Shown: positions 9,416 through 19,104 of the stretch, one piece after another
How the letters are laid out: every line of letters begins with the position of its first letter
Position numbering within the stretch: the stretch's first letter is position 1
Source: Fibrobacterota bacterium
GTDB lineage: Bacteria; Fibrobacterota; Fibrobacteria; UBA11236
Length of the DNA: 64,000 nt
Assembly (NCBI GenBank): GCA_947466585.1
Contig: CANIEU010000001.1
Span: forward strand, 48,414 to 112,413
Reading direction: 5' to 3'
The notes under the pieces: model-generated
Told to the model about the DNA's origin: nothing
Database searches by the model: none
The model's input: only the letters and a program-made list of their open reading frames with translations
Position numbers and translations under genes: made by a program

Positions 9416-10254
9416 GCCGGGGTGGGAATCTCTCCGCGGAACACTTCCACCGCATTGCCGGTCATCCTCACGGAACCCTTGCCGTCATACTCCAGCAGCA
9501 AATCGCCGCCGGTGAGATGGATGGTGAGGCGGTCATCGGTGAGGCCGAGTCGACGGCCGATGGCGGCCACAGCCGAAGCACCCGTGCCGCAGGCCCAGGT
9601 CTCCCCCGCGCCGCGTTCCCACGTGCGTTGGATGACTTCGTTGCGGGAAAGGATCTGCACGAATTCCACATTGACGCGGCGCGGGAACCAGGGGTGGTTC
9701 TCGATACGCGGTCCGATTTCGGCGACGGGAAACTCGGCGACATCGTCCACGTAGATCACGCAGTGGGGATTGCCCATCGACACCGATGAGAACTCGAAGG
9801 TACGGCCCGCGACCTCGATCTTTTGCTTCAGCACCTCGGGCGCGTCGATGATGGTGGGGATCTTGAGGCCTTCGAAGATGGGAGCGCCCATGTCGATCTG
9901 GATCAACTCCGCGTTTCCGGCGGCGTCGCGCGAGACGATGCGGGCCGTGCGCCAACCGGCACCGGTCATCAGCTTGAGCTCGTCCTTGCCGCGTGCGTAA
10001 GTGTCGTGCACGTACTTGGCCACGCAGCGGATGCCGTTTCCGCACATTTCGGAGCTGGAGCCGTCGGCGTTGTACATGTCCATTTCGCCGTCGGCGTCGG
10101 GGTACGGCTTGATCAGGATCAGACCGTCGCTGCCCACCCCATAGTGCCGGTGGGAGACCCTGCGAGCCAATTCCACGGGATTTTCAACGGGTTCGCGGAA
10201 AGCGTCCACATAGACATAATCATTGCCGGTGCCGTGCATTTTAACGAATTGCAT
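9412..10254 (-). CDS. dapF: Diaminopimelate epimerase
   Basis: MQFVKMHGTGNDYVYVD N-terminus and two catalytic Cys (CGNGIRC, ACGTGA). Confidence 0.95.
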   Translation of the reverse strand: MQFVKMHGTGNDYVYVDAFREPVENPVELARRVSHRHYGVGSDGLILIKPYPDADGEMDMYNADGSSSEMCGNGIRCVAKYVHDTYARGKDELKLMTGAGWRTARIVSRDAAGNAELIQIDMGAPIFEGLKIPTIIDAPEVLKQKIEVAGRTFEFSSVSMGNPHCVIYVDDVAEFPVAEIGPRIENHPWFPRRVNVEFVQILSRNEVIQRTWERGAGETWACGTGASAVAAIGRRLGLTDDRLTIHLTGGDLLLEYDGKGSVRMTGNAVEVFRGEIPTPA

Positions 10255-10296
10255 AGGACAAAGATAGCGAAGATGCGCCAGGGCGGCGCCCCCGGG

Positions 10297-12627
10297 TCAA
10301 AAAGTCGAAGCGGCGCTTTCGACGGCATTGTCGCTGACATTTGCGACGGCCCGATCCATGAAGTCTTCGGCTTCGCGACGGATTTCATCGGCGGTCGAAA
10401 GCTCGAGCAAGCGACCCACAAGGTCGCGGCAGTCGGGCATGGTCACGCGATCGAGCGCCTCGCGCAAGCCTTCGGCGGAGCCGGGTGCTATGCTGAGCGA
10501 GGTGAGTCCGAGCCCGAGCAAAAGCGAGAGTGCGACGGGATCGCCCGCCATTTCACCGCACACCGTCACCGGCTTGCCGGCGGCTTGCGCCGCATCGGCG
10601 ACGCGCTTGAGTGCATGCAGGAAGGCCGGATGGTAGGGGTGGTGGTATGCGGCCACGCGTTCGTTGCCGCGATCGATGGCGAAGAGATACTGAATGAGAT
10701 CGTTGGTGCCCAGGCACAAAAAATCGGACTCGGCGAGGAAGGCTTCGATCTGGATCACGGTGGAAGGAATTTCGATCATGATGCCGACGGGCGGGACCCG
10801 CAGCTTCTTGCCCATTTCGTTTTCGAGCTCGAGTGTGGCGGCCTGCAGGTGCGCTTTGATTTCGCGCAGCTCACGCAAGGTGGAAATCATGGGAATCAGC
10901 AACCGCATTTCGCCAAGCTGGGCGGCACGCAGCAATGCCCGCATGTGCGGTTTCAGAATTTCTGGACGCTGCAGCAACATGCGGATGGAACGCCATCCGA
11001 GGCTGGGATTTTCTTCGCGGCCCCAATCGAAGTACTTGAGTGGCTTGTCGCCGCCCACATCGAGAAGACGGAAGGTCACCCCGAAGTTGCCGCACCGCTC
11101 CATGACCTGACTGTAGACGCCAAACTGAGCCTCTTCGTCAGGGAAGGAATTACGGATCATGAAAAAGAATTCCGACCGGTAAAGCCCGACGCTTTGAATT
11201 CCGAAACGCCGCATGAGGTTGAGGTCGGAGAGCAGCGACACGTTGCCGGAAATGTGCACGGGATGACCGTCGCGCGTGCGGTCGCCGCCTTCGCGCGGCT
11301 TGACGGAACGGGGATGGGCGCGCGAGGCGGCTAGCAGGCGTTGATACTCGCGCACCACGTGGGCATCGGGACGGATGTAAACCAAACCCGAGTTGCCGTC
11401 GAGGATAACGCGCGTGCCCGAGGGCAGGAATTGCGTGAGCCCCGGAATGCCGATGAAGCACGGAATGTCGAGCGAGCGCGCAAGGATGGCGGCATGCGAA
11501 GTGCTACCGCCCGTCTCGCAGAGAATGCCGATGATTTTGCGAGACTGCAAATACACCAGATCGGAAGGCAGCAGTTCGAGGGCGGCCACGATCACACCTT
11601 GGTCCGAGCCGTTGCCCGGTTGGATACGGTCGTTGCGCTCGCCCAGGGCGTTCAGCAGGCGGAGCCCCACGTCGCGCAGGTCGGCCGCACGGGCGGCGAG
11701 CATGGCGATTCCCGAGTCCTGAAAGGCCTTGGCCATTTCGCGCGTGGCCACCTTGACCGCGAACACCGCTGTGGTGCGTTTTTCTTCGATATGGCCCCGG
11801 ATCGCATCGAGGTACGCTTCGTCGGCGAGGAACTGCTCGTGCGTTTCGAAAATCCGCGCGTCCATTTCGGCGAATATTTCGCCCGCGCGCTGCCGCAGCC
11901 AGCGGGATTCTTCGCGCGCGCGCGCTAGAGCCTTCTGCAGATTCGCGAGTTCTCCGGCGATGTCATCGGTTTCGGTGAAGTAAACCGTATCCCAAACGTG
12001 TTGCGTCTTCAGCACGAGCACCGAACCGTCGGCCACGCCGCCGAAGGCGGTTTGCGCGCGCAGAAACGGAGGCGCTTCCTTGGGGGCCACGCTGGCCTGG
12101 GCGCTCTCGGCGGTGGTTCTCACCGCGGCAGGCAACCGACTCTCGAGCAAGGTGCCGAGCTGCGCCGCCAAGGTGTAGGCCAAGTCCTCCACGGTGGGAC
12201 CGAAGGGCACAGCCTCCACACCCTGCAGAATGAGAACGCCGTCACCGCGCGCCTTGCCGGGCGAAATGGGAATGCCCAAAAAGCTCTCGAGCTTTTCCTC
12301 ACCCAGTCCGGGGAAAAATTTGAAGCGCGCATCGCGGCCGGGGTTTGCGATGTTCAGGATTTCGCCGCCTGAATACACAGCGCCCGTCAAACCCTCATCG
12401 GGTTCGAGCGACACTTCCGCCAGCGCCCCGCGGTTGAGGCCGTGGCCGGCGGCAAGTCGCAAGCGTCCCGCGGGAGCGTCGTGGAGATAAATGGAGCATA
12501 CTTCCACGCCCATCTTTTCGGAGATAAGGCGGGTCACGGCATCGAGCGCCGGCTGGATGTCACGCGACTCCAGAATCGTTCGGGCCACCGAACGGATGAT
12601 CTCAAATGCGATGCCGACTTCGGACAC
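10297..12627 (-). CDS. ptsP: Phosphoenolpyruvate--protein phosphotransferase with N-terminal GAF domain (EI-Ntr type)
   Basis: 776 aa; GAF region then PEP-utilizing enzyme domains (SHAAILARSLDIPC phospho-His region, C-terminal TIM barrel). Confidence 0.9.
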   Translation of the reverse strand: MSEVGIAFEIIRSVARTILESRDIQPALDAVTRLISEKMGVEVCSIYLHDAPAGRLRLAAGHGLNRGALAEVSLEPDEGLTGAVYSGGEILNIANPGRDARFKFFPGLGEEKLESFLGIPISPGKARGDGVLILQGVEAVPFGPTVEDLAYTLAAQLGTLLESRLPAAVRTTAESAQASVAPKEAPPFLRAQTAFGGVADGSVLVLKTQHVWDTVYFTETDDIAGELANLQKALARAREESRWLRQRAGEIFAEMDARIFETHEQFLADEAYLDAIRGHIEEKRTTAVFAVKVATREMAKAFQDSGIAMLAARAADLRDVGLRLLNALGERNDRIQPGNGSDQGVIVAALELLPSDLVYLQSRKIIGILCETGGSTSHAAILARSLDIPCFIGIPGLTQFLPSGTRVILDGNSGLVYIRPDAHVVREYQRLLAASRAHPRSVKPREGGDRTRDGHPVHISGNVSLLSDLNLMRRFGIQSVGLYRSEFFFMIRNSFPDEEAQFGVYSQVMERCGNFGVTFRLLDVGGDKPLKYFDWGREENPSLGWRSIRMLLQRPEILKPHMRALLRAAQLGEMRLLIPMISTLRELREIKAHLQAATLELENEMGKKLRVPPVGIMIEIPSTVIQIEAFLAESDFLCLGTNDLIQYLFAIDRGNERVAAYHHPYHPAFLHALKRVADAAQAAGKPVTVCGEMAGDPVALSLLLGLGLTSLSIAPGSAEGLREALDRVTMPDCRDLVGRLLELSTADEIRREAEDFMDRAVANVSDNAVESAASTF

Positions 12628-12636
12628 GGAAACCCC

Positions 12637-12927
12637 TCAGTCCCACTGAATGCCGGGCATCGGCGCATCGGGCAATTTGTCCTTGTTCTTTTTGGCCCAC
12701 TCGAATTTTTTCTCGAGCATGGCGAGCCGGGAATCTTCGACCCGCCGCGATTCGGCGAACTTGTCTTCCAGATCCTTCGCGCGGGTCTGATCGGCCTTCA
12801 GGAACGACTCAAGCGAAAGCGGCGCCTCCTTGTGGGGCGTCGCCTGCAGCACGCCTCCGGTCTCGGAGTCGACGACCAGCTTGGCCTTGCAGCACGGGCA
12901 TTCTATCTGGAGTTCCGGCGAAGACAT
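12637..12927 (-). CDS. Small zinc-ribbon protein (CPCC...C) of unknown function
   Basis: 96 aa ORF, IECPCCKAKLVVD N-terminal zinc-ribbon-like motif, Lys/Glu-rich tail. Confidence 0.45.
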   Translation of the reverse strand: MSSPELQIECPCCKAKLVVDSETGGVLQATPHKEAPLSLESFLKADQTRAKDLEDKFAESRRVEDSRLAMLEKKFEWAKKNKDKLPDAPMPGIQWD

Positions 12928-12961
12928 GGAATGAAAATACGAATTCTATCGGGCGTGGCGT

Positions 12962-14935
12962 CTAGAACTTTTCGACCTGAAACACCTGCATCACGGCCTT
13001 AAAAGGATTCAGTTCCACGAAGTTTCGGTCGGCCCAGGCATAGCTTTCTTCGCTGAAAACCTCGTGCACGCCGAAAATGTTCTCTCCGGCCAGGCCGAGG
13101 GCCGCGCGGTCGACGGTGATCCACCCCGCCTGGGTGGCGGCGGGGTCGAGATTGATCACGAAGAGGAGGCGGTCGTCGCCCTCCACCTTGGAGTAGGCCA
13201 ACATGTTCGGATTGTCGCAGTCGTGGAAACACAGGTTCTTGAGTTGGTGCATCGCCGGATGCTCGGCGCGCAGGCGGTTCAAAAGGCGGATGAAATCCTT
13301 GATGTGGCCGGGCTTGTTCCAGTCGCGCACGTTGTAAGCGTACTTCTCGGAGTCGTTGTACTCCTCCTTGCCCGGGTAGGGATCGTTCTCGCACAGTTCG
13401 TAGCCGTTGTACATGCCGTAGGCGCCGACCAAGGTGGAAGCCAGCGCGTGGCGGATGAGGAACATTTCGCGCGAAGCGTTCTGCAAATGCCAGGGGAGAA
13501 TGTCGGGCGTGGTGGCGAAGAAGATGGGCCGCATGTACAGCGACGGCTCCTGCTGGGTCAGATCCTCGCAGTATGCGCGCAACTCCGCTGCGGTAACGCG
13601 CCAGGTGAAATAGGTGTACGACAAATCGAAGCCGCCCTTGGCGAGACGCTTCATGATTTTGGGGCGCGTAAAAGCCTCGGCGAGGAACATCACTTCGGGA
13701 TGATCCTTCTTCACTTCGGCGATCATCCAATCCCAGAAGGCGAAGGGTTTGGTGTGCGGATTGTCGACACGGAAAACCGTCACGCCCATGTCGATCCAGA
13801 AATCGATCACCGATTTCAGCTCGCACCAAAGGGCCTCACGGTCATCGCAGAAGAAGTTGAGCGGATAGATGTCTTCGTAGCGCTTGGGCGGATTCTCCGC
13901 ACAACGGATGGTGCCGTCGGCCTCGCGATAGAACCAGTCCGGATGATCTTTCGCATACGGGTGATCGGGCGAACAGTTGAGTGCGAAATCGAGCACGACC
14001 TCGAAGCCTTCTTGACGGCAGCGGTCGAGAAAGTGGCGGCAGTCGGCCAGAGTTCCGAGTTCCGGATGGACCGCCTTGTGTCCACCGTCCCCGCCCTTGC
14101 CTTTCAGGCGATAATTCCCAATGGCATAGGGCGAACCGGGTTCCCCGGGTTGCGCGGTGAGCCCGTTGTTGCGGCCCTTGCGCTTGGTTTCGCCGATGGG
14201 ATGAATCGGCGGCAGATAAATGGTGTCGAAACCGAGATCCTTGACATAGGCGAGACGACGCTCCATGTCGGCAAAGGTTGCGCTCTTGCCGGTCACCGTG
14301 CCTTGCGAACGCGCGAACATTTCGTACCATGCGGCGAACTCGGCAGCTTTCGGATCCACGCGCAACAACCCGTAATGCGGATGCAGATACGGTTCTTCAA
14401 AGGCCGCGTACACGGCATAGCCTTCGCGGTTCAGCGTGCGCGCTTCGAGAGTGAACTCCCACTCGCCCAACGCATCGGGTTCGAACTCCCCGGCCCACGC
14501 GTCGTTATCAACAAAGCGCATCGGCGTGGTGCGCCATACCGTCTCGCCCTTGCGGCGGAACAACAGATCGGCCTCGCACTTTTCATGCCCGTCACGAAAG
14601 ATGTCGGCAGTGACGGTGACCGTTTCACCCAGCACGGCCTTGACGGGAAACAACCCGCCCTCGACCTGCGGCATCAAGTTTTCCACCACGGCGTGGGCGG
14701 TCAGGCGAGCCTCGGGGATCGCCGGTTTTTTCAGATCGATTTTGTTCGCGAGCTGTCGGGGCGCAGCATGCTGCGCCCTTTCGGCCTTCTTCGCAGGTGC
14801 CGGTTTTTTTGCCGACTTTGCAGCAGGCTTTGCGGCCTTCTTCACGACCTTCTTCACGATCTTCTTTGTGGCCTTCTTAACGACCTTCTTCACGATCTTC
14901 TTTGCAGGCACAGACTTCTTTTTCTTCGCGGGCAT
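12962..14935 (-). CDS. glgE: Alpha-1,4-glucan:maltose-1-phosphate maltosyltransferase GlgE (GH13) with about 50-aa Lys-rich histone-H1-like N-terminal tail
   Basis: GlgE N-domain signature FPVKAVLGETVTVTADIFRDGHE, GH13 catalytic core; start at MPAKKKK (ATG 14935..14933) overlapping upstream stop as TAATG. Confidence 0.8.
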   Translation of the reverse strand: MPAKKKKSVPAKKIVKKVVKKATKKIVKKVVKKAAKPAAKSAKKPAPAKKAERAQHAAPRQLANKIDLKKPAIPEARLTAHAVVENLMPQVEGGLFPVKAVLGETVTVTADIFRDGHEKCEADLLFRRKGETVWRTTPMRFVDNDAWAGEFEPDALGEWEFTLEARTLNREGYAVYAAFEEPYLHPHYGLLRVDPKAAEFAAWYEMFARSQGTVTGKSATFADMERRLAYVKDLGFDTIYLPPIHPIGETKRKGRNNGLTAQPGEPGSPYAIGNYRLKGKGGDGGHKAVHPELGTLADCRHFLDRCRQEGFEVVLDFALNCSPDHPYAKDHPDWFYREADGTIRCAENPPKRYEDIYPLNFFCDDREALWCELKSVIDFWIDMGVTVFRVDNPHTKPFAFWDWMIAEVKKDHPEVMFLAEAFTRPKIMKRLAKGGFDLSYTYFTWRVTAAELRAYCEDLTQQEPSLYMRPIFFATTPDILPWHLQNASREMFLIRHALASTLVGAYGMYNGYELCENDPYPGKEEYNDSEKYAYNVRDWNKPGHIKDFIRLLNRLRAEHPAMHQLKNLCFHDCDNPNMLAYSKVEGDDRLLFVINLDPAATQAGWITVDRAALGLAGENIFGVHEVFSEESYAWADRNFVELNPFKAVMQVFQVEKF

Positions 14936-16173
14936 TATGCTTCCACCTTGTTGCGTGCAACCAGTTCCTTGTAAAACGTCAACGTCTGCGCGGCCACGCT
15001 CTCCCAGGAGAAACGTTCCTCGACGCGCTTGCGGCCCGCCGCGGCAAAGGCCGCGCACTTGGCCGGATCTTCCACGAGTCCCGTGATCGCATCCGCGAGG
15101 CGGCGCGCAAAGTCGGCGGGATCCTTCGGCTCGAAATCGGTGCCACCCACGGGATCCGTGTCGACGAGGATTCCGGTTACACCGTCGGCCACGGCCTCGG
15201 GAATGCCGCCCACGCGGGAGGCCACCACGGGCGCTCCGCAGGCCATAGCCTCCAGGTTGATGATACCGAAGGGCTCGTACACCGAAGGGCACACGAACAG
15301 CGCCGCATGCGAATACAGGTTGATGACATCTTCGCGCGCGACCATGGCTTCGATCCAAATCACCGCGAGGTCAGGACGCTGTGCGCGCAGGTCGGCGACC
15401 CGTTGGCGCATTTCGGCACCGATCTCCGGAGTATCGGGTGCGCCGGCGCAGAGCACGATTTGCGAACCTTGCGGCAAATGCGCGAGGGCATGCAGCAAAT
15501 GCAGGATGCCCTTCTGCCGCGTGATGCGTCCGACGAAAAGAATAAAGGGCTTATCGGCATCGATGCCGTGTTTCTTGAGCAGCTCCGGATTCGGCTTGTT
15601 GCGGTATTCGTTGACGTCGATGCCGTTGGGAATGACGCGGATATTGGCGGGATCAACGCCGTACAGTTCCTGCACGTCGCGTTTCATCGATTCGGAAACC
15701 GCGACCACGCCGTCTGCGTTTTGATAGGCGGTTTTCTCCAGCCACGACGAAGCGTGGTAGGCGTTGCCGAGTTGCTCGACCTTCCACGGGCGGTGCGGCT
15801 CCAAGGAGTGTGTGGTGAGCACCAGAGGAACGCGCAGCAGTTGTTTCACAAGACAGCCTGCAAAGTGCGCATACCACGTGTGGCAATGCACGATGTCGGA
15901 GGCCGTCACGGTGCCGGCCATCATCAAGTCGCGGGCGAGCGTATCCATGAGTTTGGCATGCTGCGCGTTCTGGTTGGGCAAGGTGAAGTCGGGGGTGAGT
16001 CCGCGGGCGGTGATGTCGCCGTCCTGCTCGTTTTGCTTGCCGAAACAAAGCACTTCGACGGGATTTTTACCCGGTTCGAGGCCGGCGAGGGCGCGGCTCA
16101 AATACTCGACATGGACGCCTGCGCCGCCGTAAACGTGCGGCGGATATTCATTGGTCAAAAGGGTAATGCGCAT
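14935..16173 (-). CDS. glgA: GT4 glycosyltransferase of the actinobacterial GlgA/GlgM (alpha-maltose-1-phosphate synthase / glycogen synthase) type
   Basis: MRITLLTNEYPPHVYGGAGVHVEYLSRAL matches the GlgM/GlgA N-terminus; GT4 fold; coupled to glgE. Confidence 0.8.
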   Translation of the reverse strand: MRITLLTNEYPPHVYGGAGVHVEYLSRALAGLEPGKNPVEVLCFGKQNEQDGDITARGLTPDFTLPNQNAQHAKLMDTLARDLMMAGTVTASDIVHCHTWYAHFAGCLVKQLLRVPLVLTTHSLEPHRPWKVEQLGNAYHASSWLEKTAYQNADGVVAVSESMKRDVQELYGVDPANIRVIPNGIDVNEYRNKPNPELLKKHGIDADKPFILFVGRITRQKGILHLLHALAHLPQGSQIVLCAGAPDTPEIGAEMRQRVADLRAQRPDLAVIWIEAMVAREDVINLYSHAALFVCPSVYEPFGIINLEAMACGAPVVASRVGGIPEAVADGVTGILVDTDPVGGTDFEPKDPADFARRLADAITGLVEDPAKCAAFAAAGRKRVEERFSWESVAAQTLTFYKELVARNKVEA

Positions 16174-16229
16174 CGTAGTCGGAATTGTAATTCCTGAGCG
16201 CGAAACGCGGAGGAAGCCGAAAAAAGGGG

Positions 16230-16262
16230 GACGGCGATACCGCCCCCGAAGACCCCACCCAT
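16230..16262 (-). terminator. Hairpin + T-run on minus strand downstream of the deacetylase gene
   Basis: minus-strand reading gggggcggtatcgccgtccccc followed by tttttt. Confidence 0.45.
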
Positions 16263-16292
16263 CCGACCTTCCGACGATCCCTTAACGTTCAA

Positions 16293-17579
16293 CTAAGGCA
16301 GGATGGTGACCGGAACCTTGCGGGCATTCCCGGAGAACCCGGGGGTCAAGGTGATCTGATAGAGGCCCGCGGCGGGTGCGGTGTGCAACGATACGGCCTG
16401 TTCCGCGCCGCCGCCCGTGCGGAAACGCCCCTTCTCCACCAAGACTCCCGTCACCGAATGCAGTGCGAGCGTATAGGTGCCTTCGGGCAGGCCCTTGAGA
16501 CGAACGATGCGACCCGTGACGCGCGCCTGCAGGGAGGAGTTCCGGAAGCGCACCGACGGGGCCACGGCCACCGTGCCCTTGGGATAAACGTCCATCTGCA
16601 ACTTCATGAAATCGACCACATAGGAGCTGTCGGCCTGACGCAGAACATAAGCGTTGTTCTGCACCACCACGGCGGAATCCCCGAAGGTCGCTTGGTCCAG
16701 CTTGACCTTGAGCAACAAGGACTTGGGCAACTTCGCATGCGGCGCGACCCACTGGATCTTCCAGCCGTTGCCGTTCACAACCGCCTTGGCGGTATCCATG
16801 GTGAAGTGCGCACGGTAATAGGAGCCGACCCGCTCGTAGGTATCGATCCACACGCCTGCCGAGATGGCCGCGTCGAGCATCGTACGGTTGTTCGCCGGCG
16901 TCATGCTGTATTGATCCGGGCTCGTGGGGGTGACATCGTGAACGATGGTGACATACCAACGATTGTTGGTTTTCGCGGTGTTGATTCTTGTCACGGCAGT
17001 GCTGGCACTCGTCGGGCCGAGAATCTCGCCGGGGATTGCCATCCAGTCGCTTGGCTGGGTTCCCCAGTTCAGGGTCGGATTCGCGCAACTGCGCGCCATG
17101 AAGTTCTCGGCGCTCACGCCGTTCTTCGCCGTGGCGTTGGCCGTCAAATTGCAGTTCGGATAGGCGAACGTCAGCGACTTGACCGTGCTATCGACCTTGC
17201 GCAACGTATCCGCCATCGCCTTGACCACCTTCGTGACGGAATCCCCGTTGGATCCGTTCACGTTTTCGTGGAAGTAGGTGTGGTTCGTGAGTTCCTGGCC
17301 GTTGCGGGCCGCCTGAATCCATTGAGCACGGCGGGCATTGAAATCTCCGATGTTCTGAATCGAAATAAAGAAGGTCGCCTTGATGCCGAGCGAATCGAGC
17401 TGGGGAATCAGGTAGGGAATCTGACTTGTGCGCGCGTCGTCGTAGGTAAAGCTGACCGCACCGGTGTGCCCGTTCCACGGCACCGTGGTGACGGGAGCGC
17501 CACCAGCCTGCAAAGCCAACACCAAGGAAACCGCAGGAACCGCAATGACGGCGCGAAGATGTTTTTGGATAAAAGTCAT
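16293..17579 (-). CDS. Secreted polysaccharide deacetylase (CE4/NodB-like) with possible T9SS-type C-terminal domain
   Basis: Signal peptide; GAVSFTYDDARTSQIPYLIPQLDSLGIKATFF NodB motif region; C-terminal beta-rich tail. Confidence 0.7.
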   Translation of the reverse strand: MTFIQKHLRAVIAVPAVSLVLALQAGGAPVTTVPWNGHTGAVSFTYDDARTSQIPYLIPQLDSLGIKATFFISIQNIGDFNARRAQWIQAARNGQELTNHTYFHENVNGSNGDSVTKVVKAMADTLRKVDSTVKSLTFAYPNCNLTANATAKNGVSAENFMARSCANPTLNWGTQPSDWMAIPGEILGPTSASTAVTRINTAKTNNRWYVTIVHDVTPTSPDQYSMTPANNRTMLDAAISAGVWIDTYERVGSYYRAHFTMDTAKAVVNGNGWKIQWVAPHAKLPKSLLLKVKLDQATFGDSAVVVQNNAYVLRQADSSYVVDFMKLQMDVYPKGTVAVAPSVRFRNSSLQARVTGRIVRLKGLPEGTYTLALHSVTGVLVEKGRFRTGGGAEQAVSLHTAPAAGLYQITLTPGFSGNARKVPVTILP

Positions 17580-17593
17580 GTCGGATTCTTTCG

Positions 17594-19102
17594 TTATCGC
17601 GTAACGGTTTCGGTTTTCTTCGTCGGCTTCAAATAGACACCGGGGGCGAGCACGCCCTGCGAGGCCGACTTGCCGTCCACGGTTTTAACGCCTGCATCGC
17701 GTGCGGTGGCCTTAGTGGATTCGATCCGCACGGTCTTCACGGCACGAACGGCCGGTCGCGCCGCTCGTGAGGCCTTGCCGGGCGATGCGGCGTGGATGGA
17801 GGTCACGATCGGCAGCATCGTACGGTAGATGACCTTCGCCATACTGTCCTGTCCCGCCGCATTGGGATGCACGCCATCGGAGGCGTAGGACTGTGTGGGG
17901 CCTGCGAACGGCGTATACAGGTCGACCACTCCCGCCACCTGCGTCGGCCGGGAAGCCGCGATCACGTCGATGGCCGGCCCGAGCGAATCCCGAATGATGT
18001 CTCCGTTGATTCCGTTTTCGGCGGCAGTGTAACCGCTGTTGGAATAAGCCCAGTTACCGCTGACCTTCCACGCCGGGTAGGCCTTGAAGGGGAGGAACTT
18101 CGGCTTGGGAGTCATGTTGTTGTACAACGTATCGATGAAATACTGGTAGTCGGCGATGAAGCGGGGCGTCTGCCAGAAATTCACCCGCGCGTCGTTGGTG
18201 CCGAGCTTGATGGTGATGAAGTGCGGCTTGCGCATGAACAGCGTGTCCATCAGGGGCTTGTCCGTGACATAAGACTTATAAGAGGAGCTCGCACCGGGCA
18301 ACTGGGCCCGCTGCATCCACCAGCCGCTCTTGCCGCCGTTCCAAACCCAATAGCGCTTACCGAGCATCATGTTCAACCGGTAGGTATACCGTTGCTTGAT
18401 GCTGCTGGAGGTCGCTTCCGTGATGCTGTTTCCCACACACATCACACGGATCGATTGATCGAGGAATGCGTTGAAGACGTGACGACCCAAGGAATCCTGT
18501 CCCGCGGTCGTCGAGGTGGTGATGCTGTCCGCGAAAAGCGTTTGCCGGGTGAGTAGCGGCGCATGCAGGTTGGCGGTATCCGCGCCTTTGTCCTTGGCGA
18601 TCTGACGGAGCATCGGCACGATGGAGTTTGCGATCACCGACCCGCGGCGCAGCCCGGGAGCCTGCGGCTCGGCTTCGTTCTTCCACACCGGTGTGGGATA
18701 GACGACGATGAGGCGCGGTGCCGAAGGCATGGAGGCGAGGGTGTCGAGGAGGGCCTTGTAATCCTTCACGAAGTTCGCGCTGTCGGCCCAGTTGACGGAC
18801 TTGGAATCGGCGGAGCCAAGCTGGATGCTGATGATGTCGGGCTGGTAGGCGAACACCTGCGCCAGCTTGCCCGAGGTCCAAAAGCTCGAATCGCCGCTGC
18901 GCAGCGCCGTGCCGCCGGCATAGCCGTAGTTGATGATGCTATCGGCGGGGAGGCGCCAAGCGGTGCGCGCCGGCCAACCCGATACGGTCACGGCTTCGCC
19001 GATGGCCGCCCAGCGCAAGGTACGCGCGGTTTGTGCCGGCGTACTGATGGACGCGATTCCGATTGCGCCGAGGAACATCGCGGAACGAAGCAGGAATTTC
19101 AT
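17594..19102 (-). CDS. Secreted tandem SGNH/GDSL hydrolase (two lipase/esterase domains)
   Basis: Signal peptide; two GNSIT/GTND-type SGNH blocks (MCVGNSITEA; IKLGTNDA; QLGSADS). Confidence 0.7.
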   Translation of the reverse strand: MKFLLRSAMFLGAIGIASISTPAQTARTLRWAAIGEAVTVSGWPARTAWRLPADSIINYGYAGGTALRSGDSSFWTSGKLAQVFAYQPDIISIQLGSADSKSVNWADSANFVKDYKALLDTLASMPSAPRLIVVYPTPVWKNEAEPQAPGLRRGSVIANSIVPMLRQIAKDKGADTANLHAPLLTRQTLFADSITTSTTAGQDSLGRHVFNAFLDQSIRVMCVGNSITEATSSSIKQRYTYRLNMMLGKRYWVWNGGKSGWWMQRAQLPGASSSYKSYVTDKPLMDTLFMRKPHFITIKLGTNDARVNFWQTPRFIADYQYFIDTLYNNMTPKPKFLPFKAYPAWKVSGNWAYSNSGYTAAENGINGDIIRDSLGPAIDVIAASRPTQVAGVVDLYTPFAGPTQSYASDGVHPNAAGQDSMAKVIYRTMLPIVTSIHAASPGKASRAARPAVRAVKTVRIESTKATARDAGVKTVDGKSASQGVLAPGVYLKPTKKTETVTR

Positions 19103-19104
19103 GG

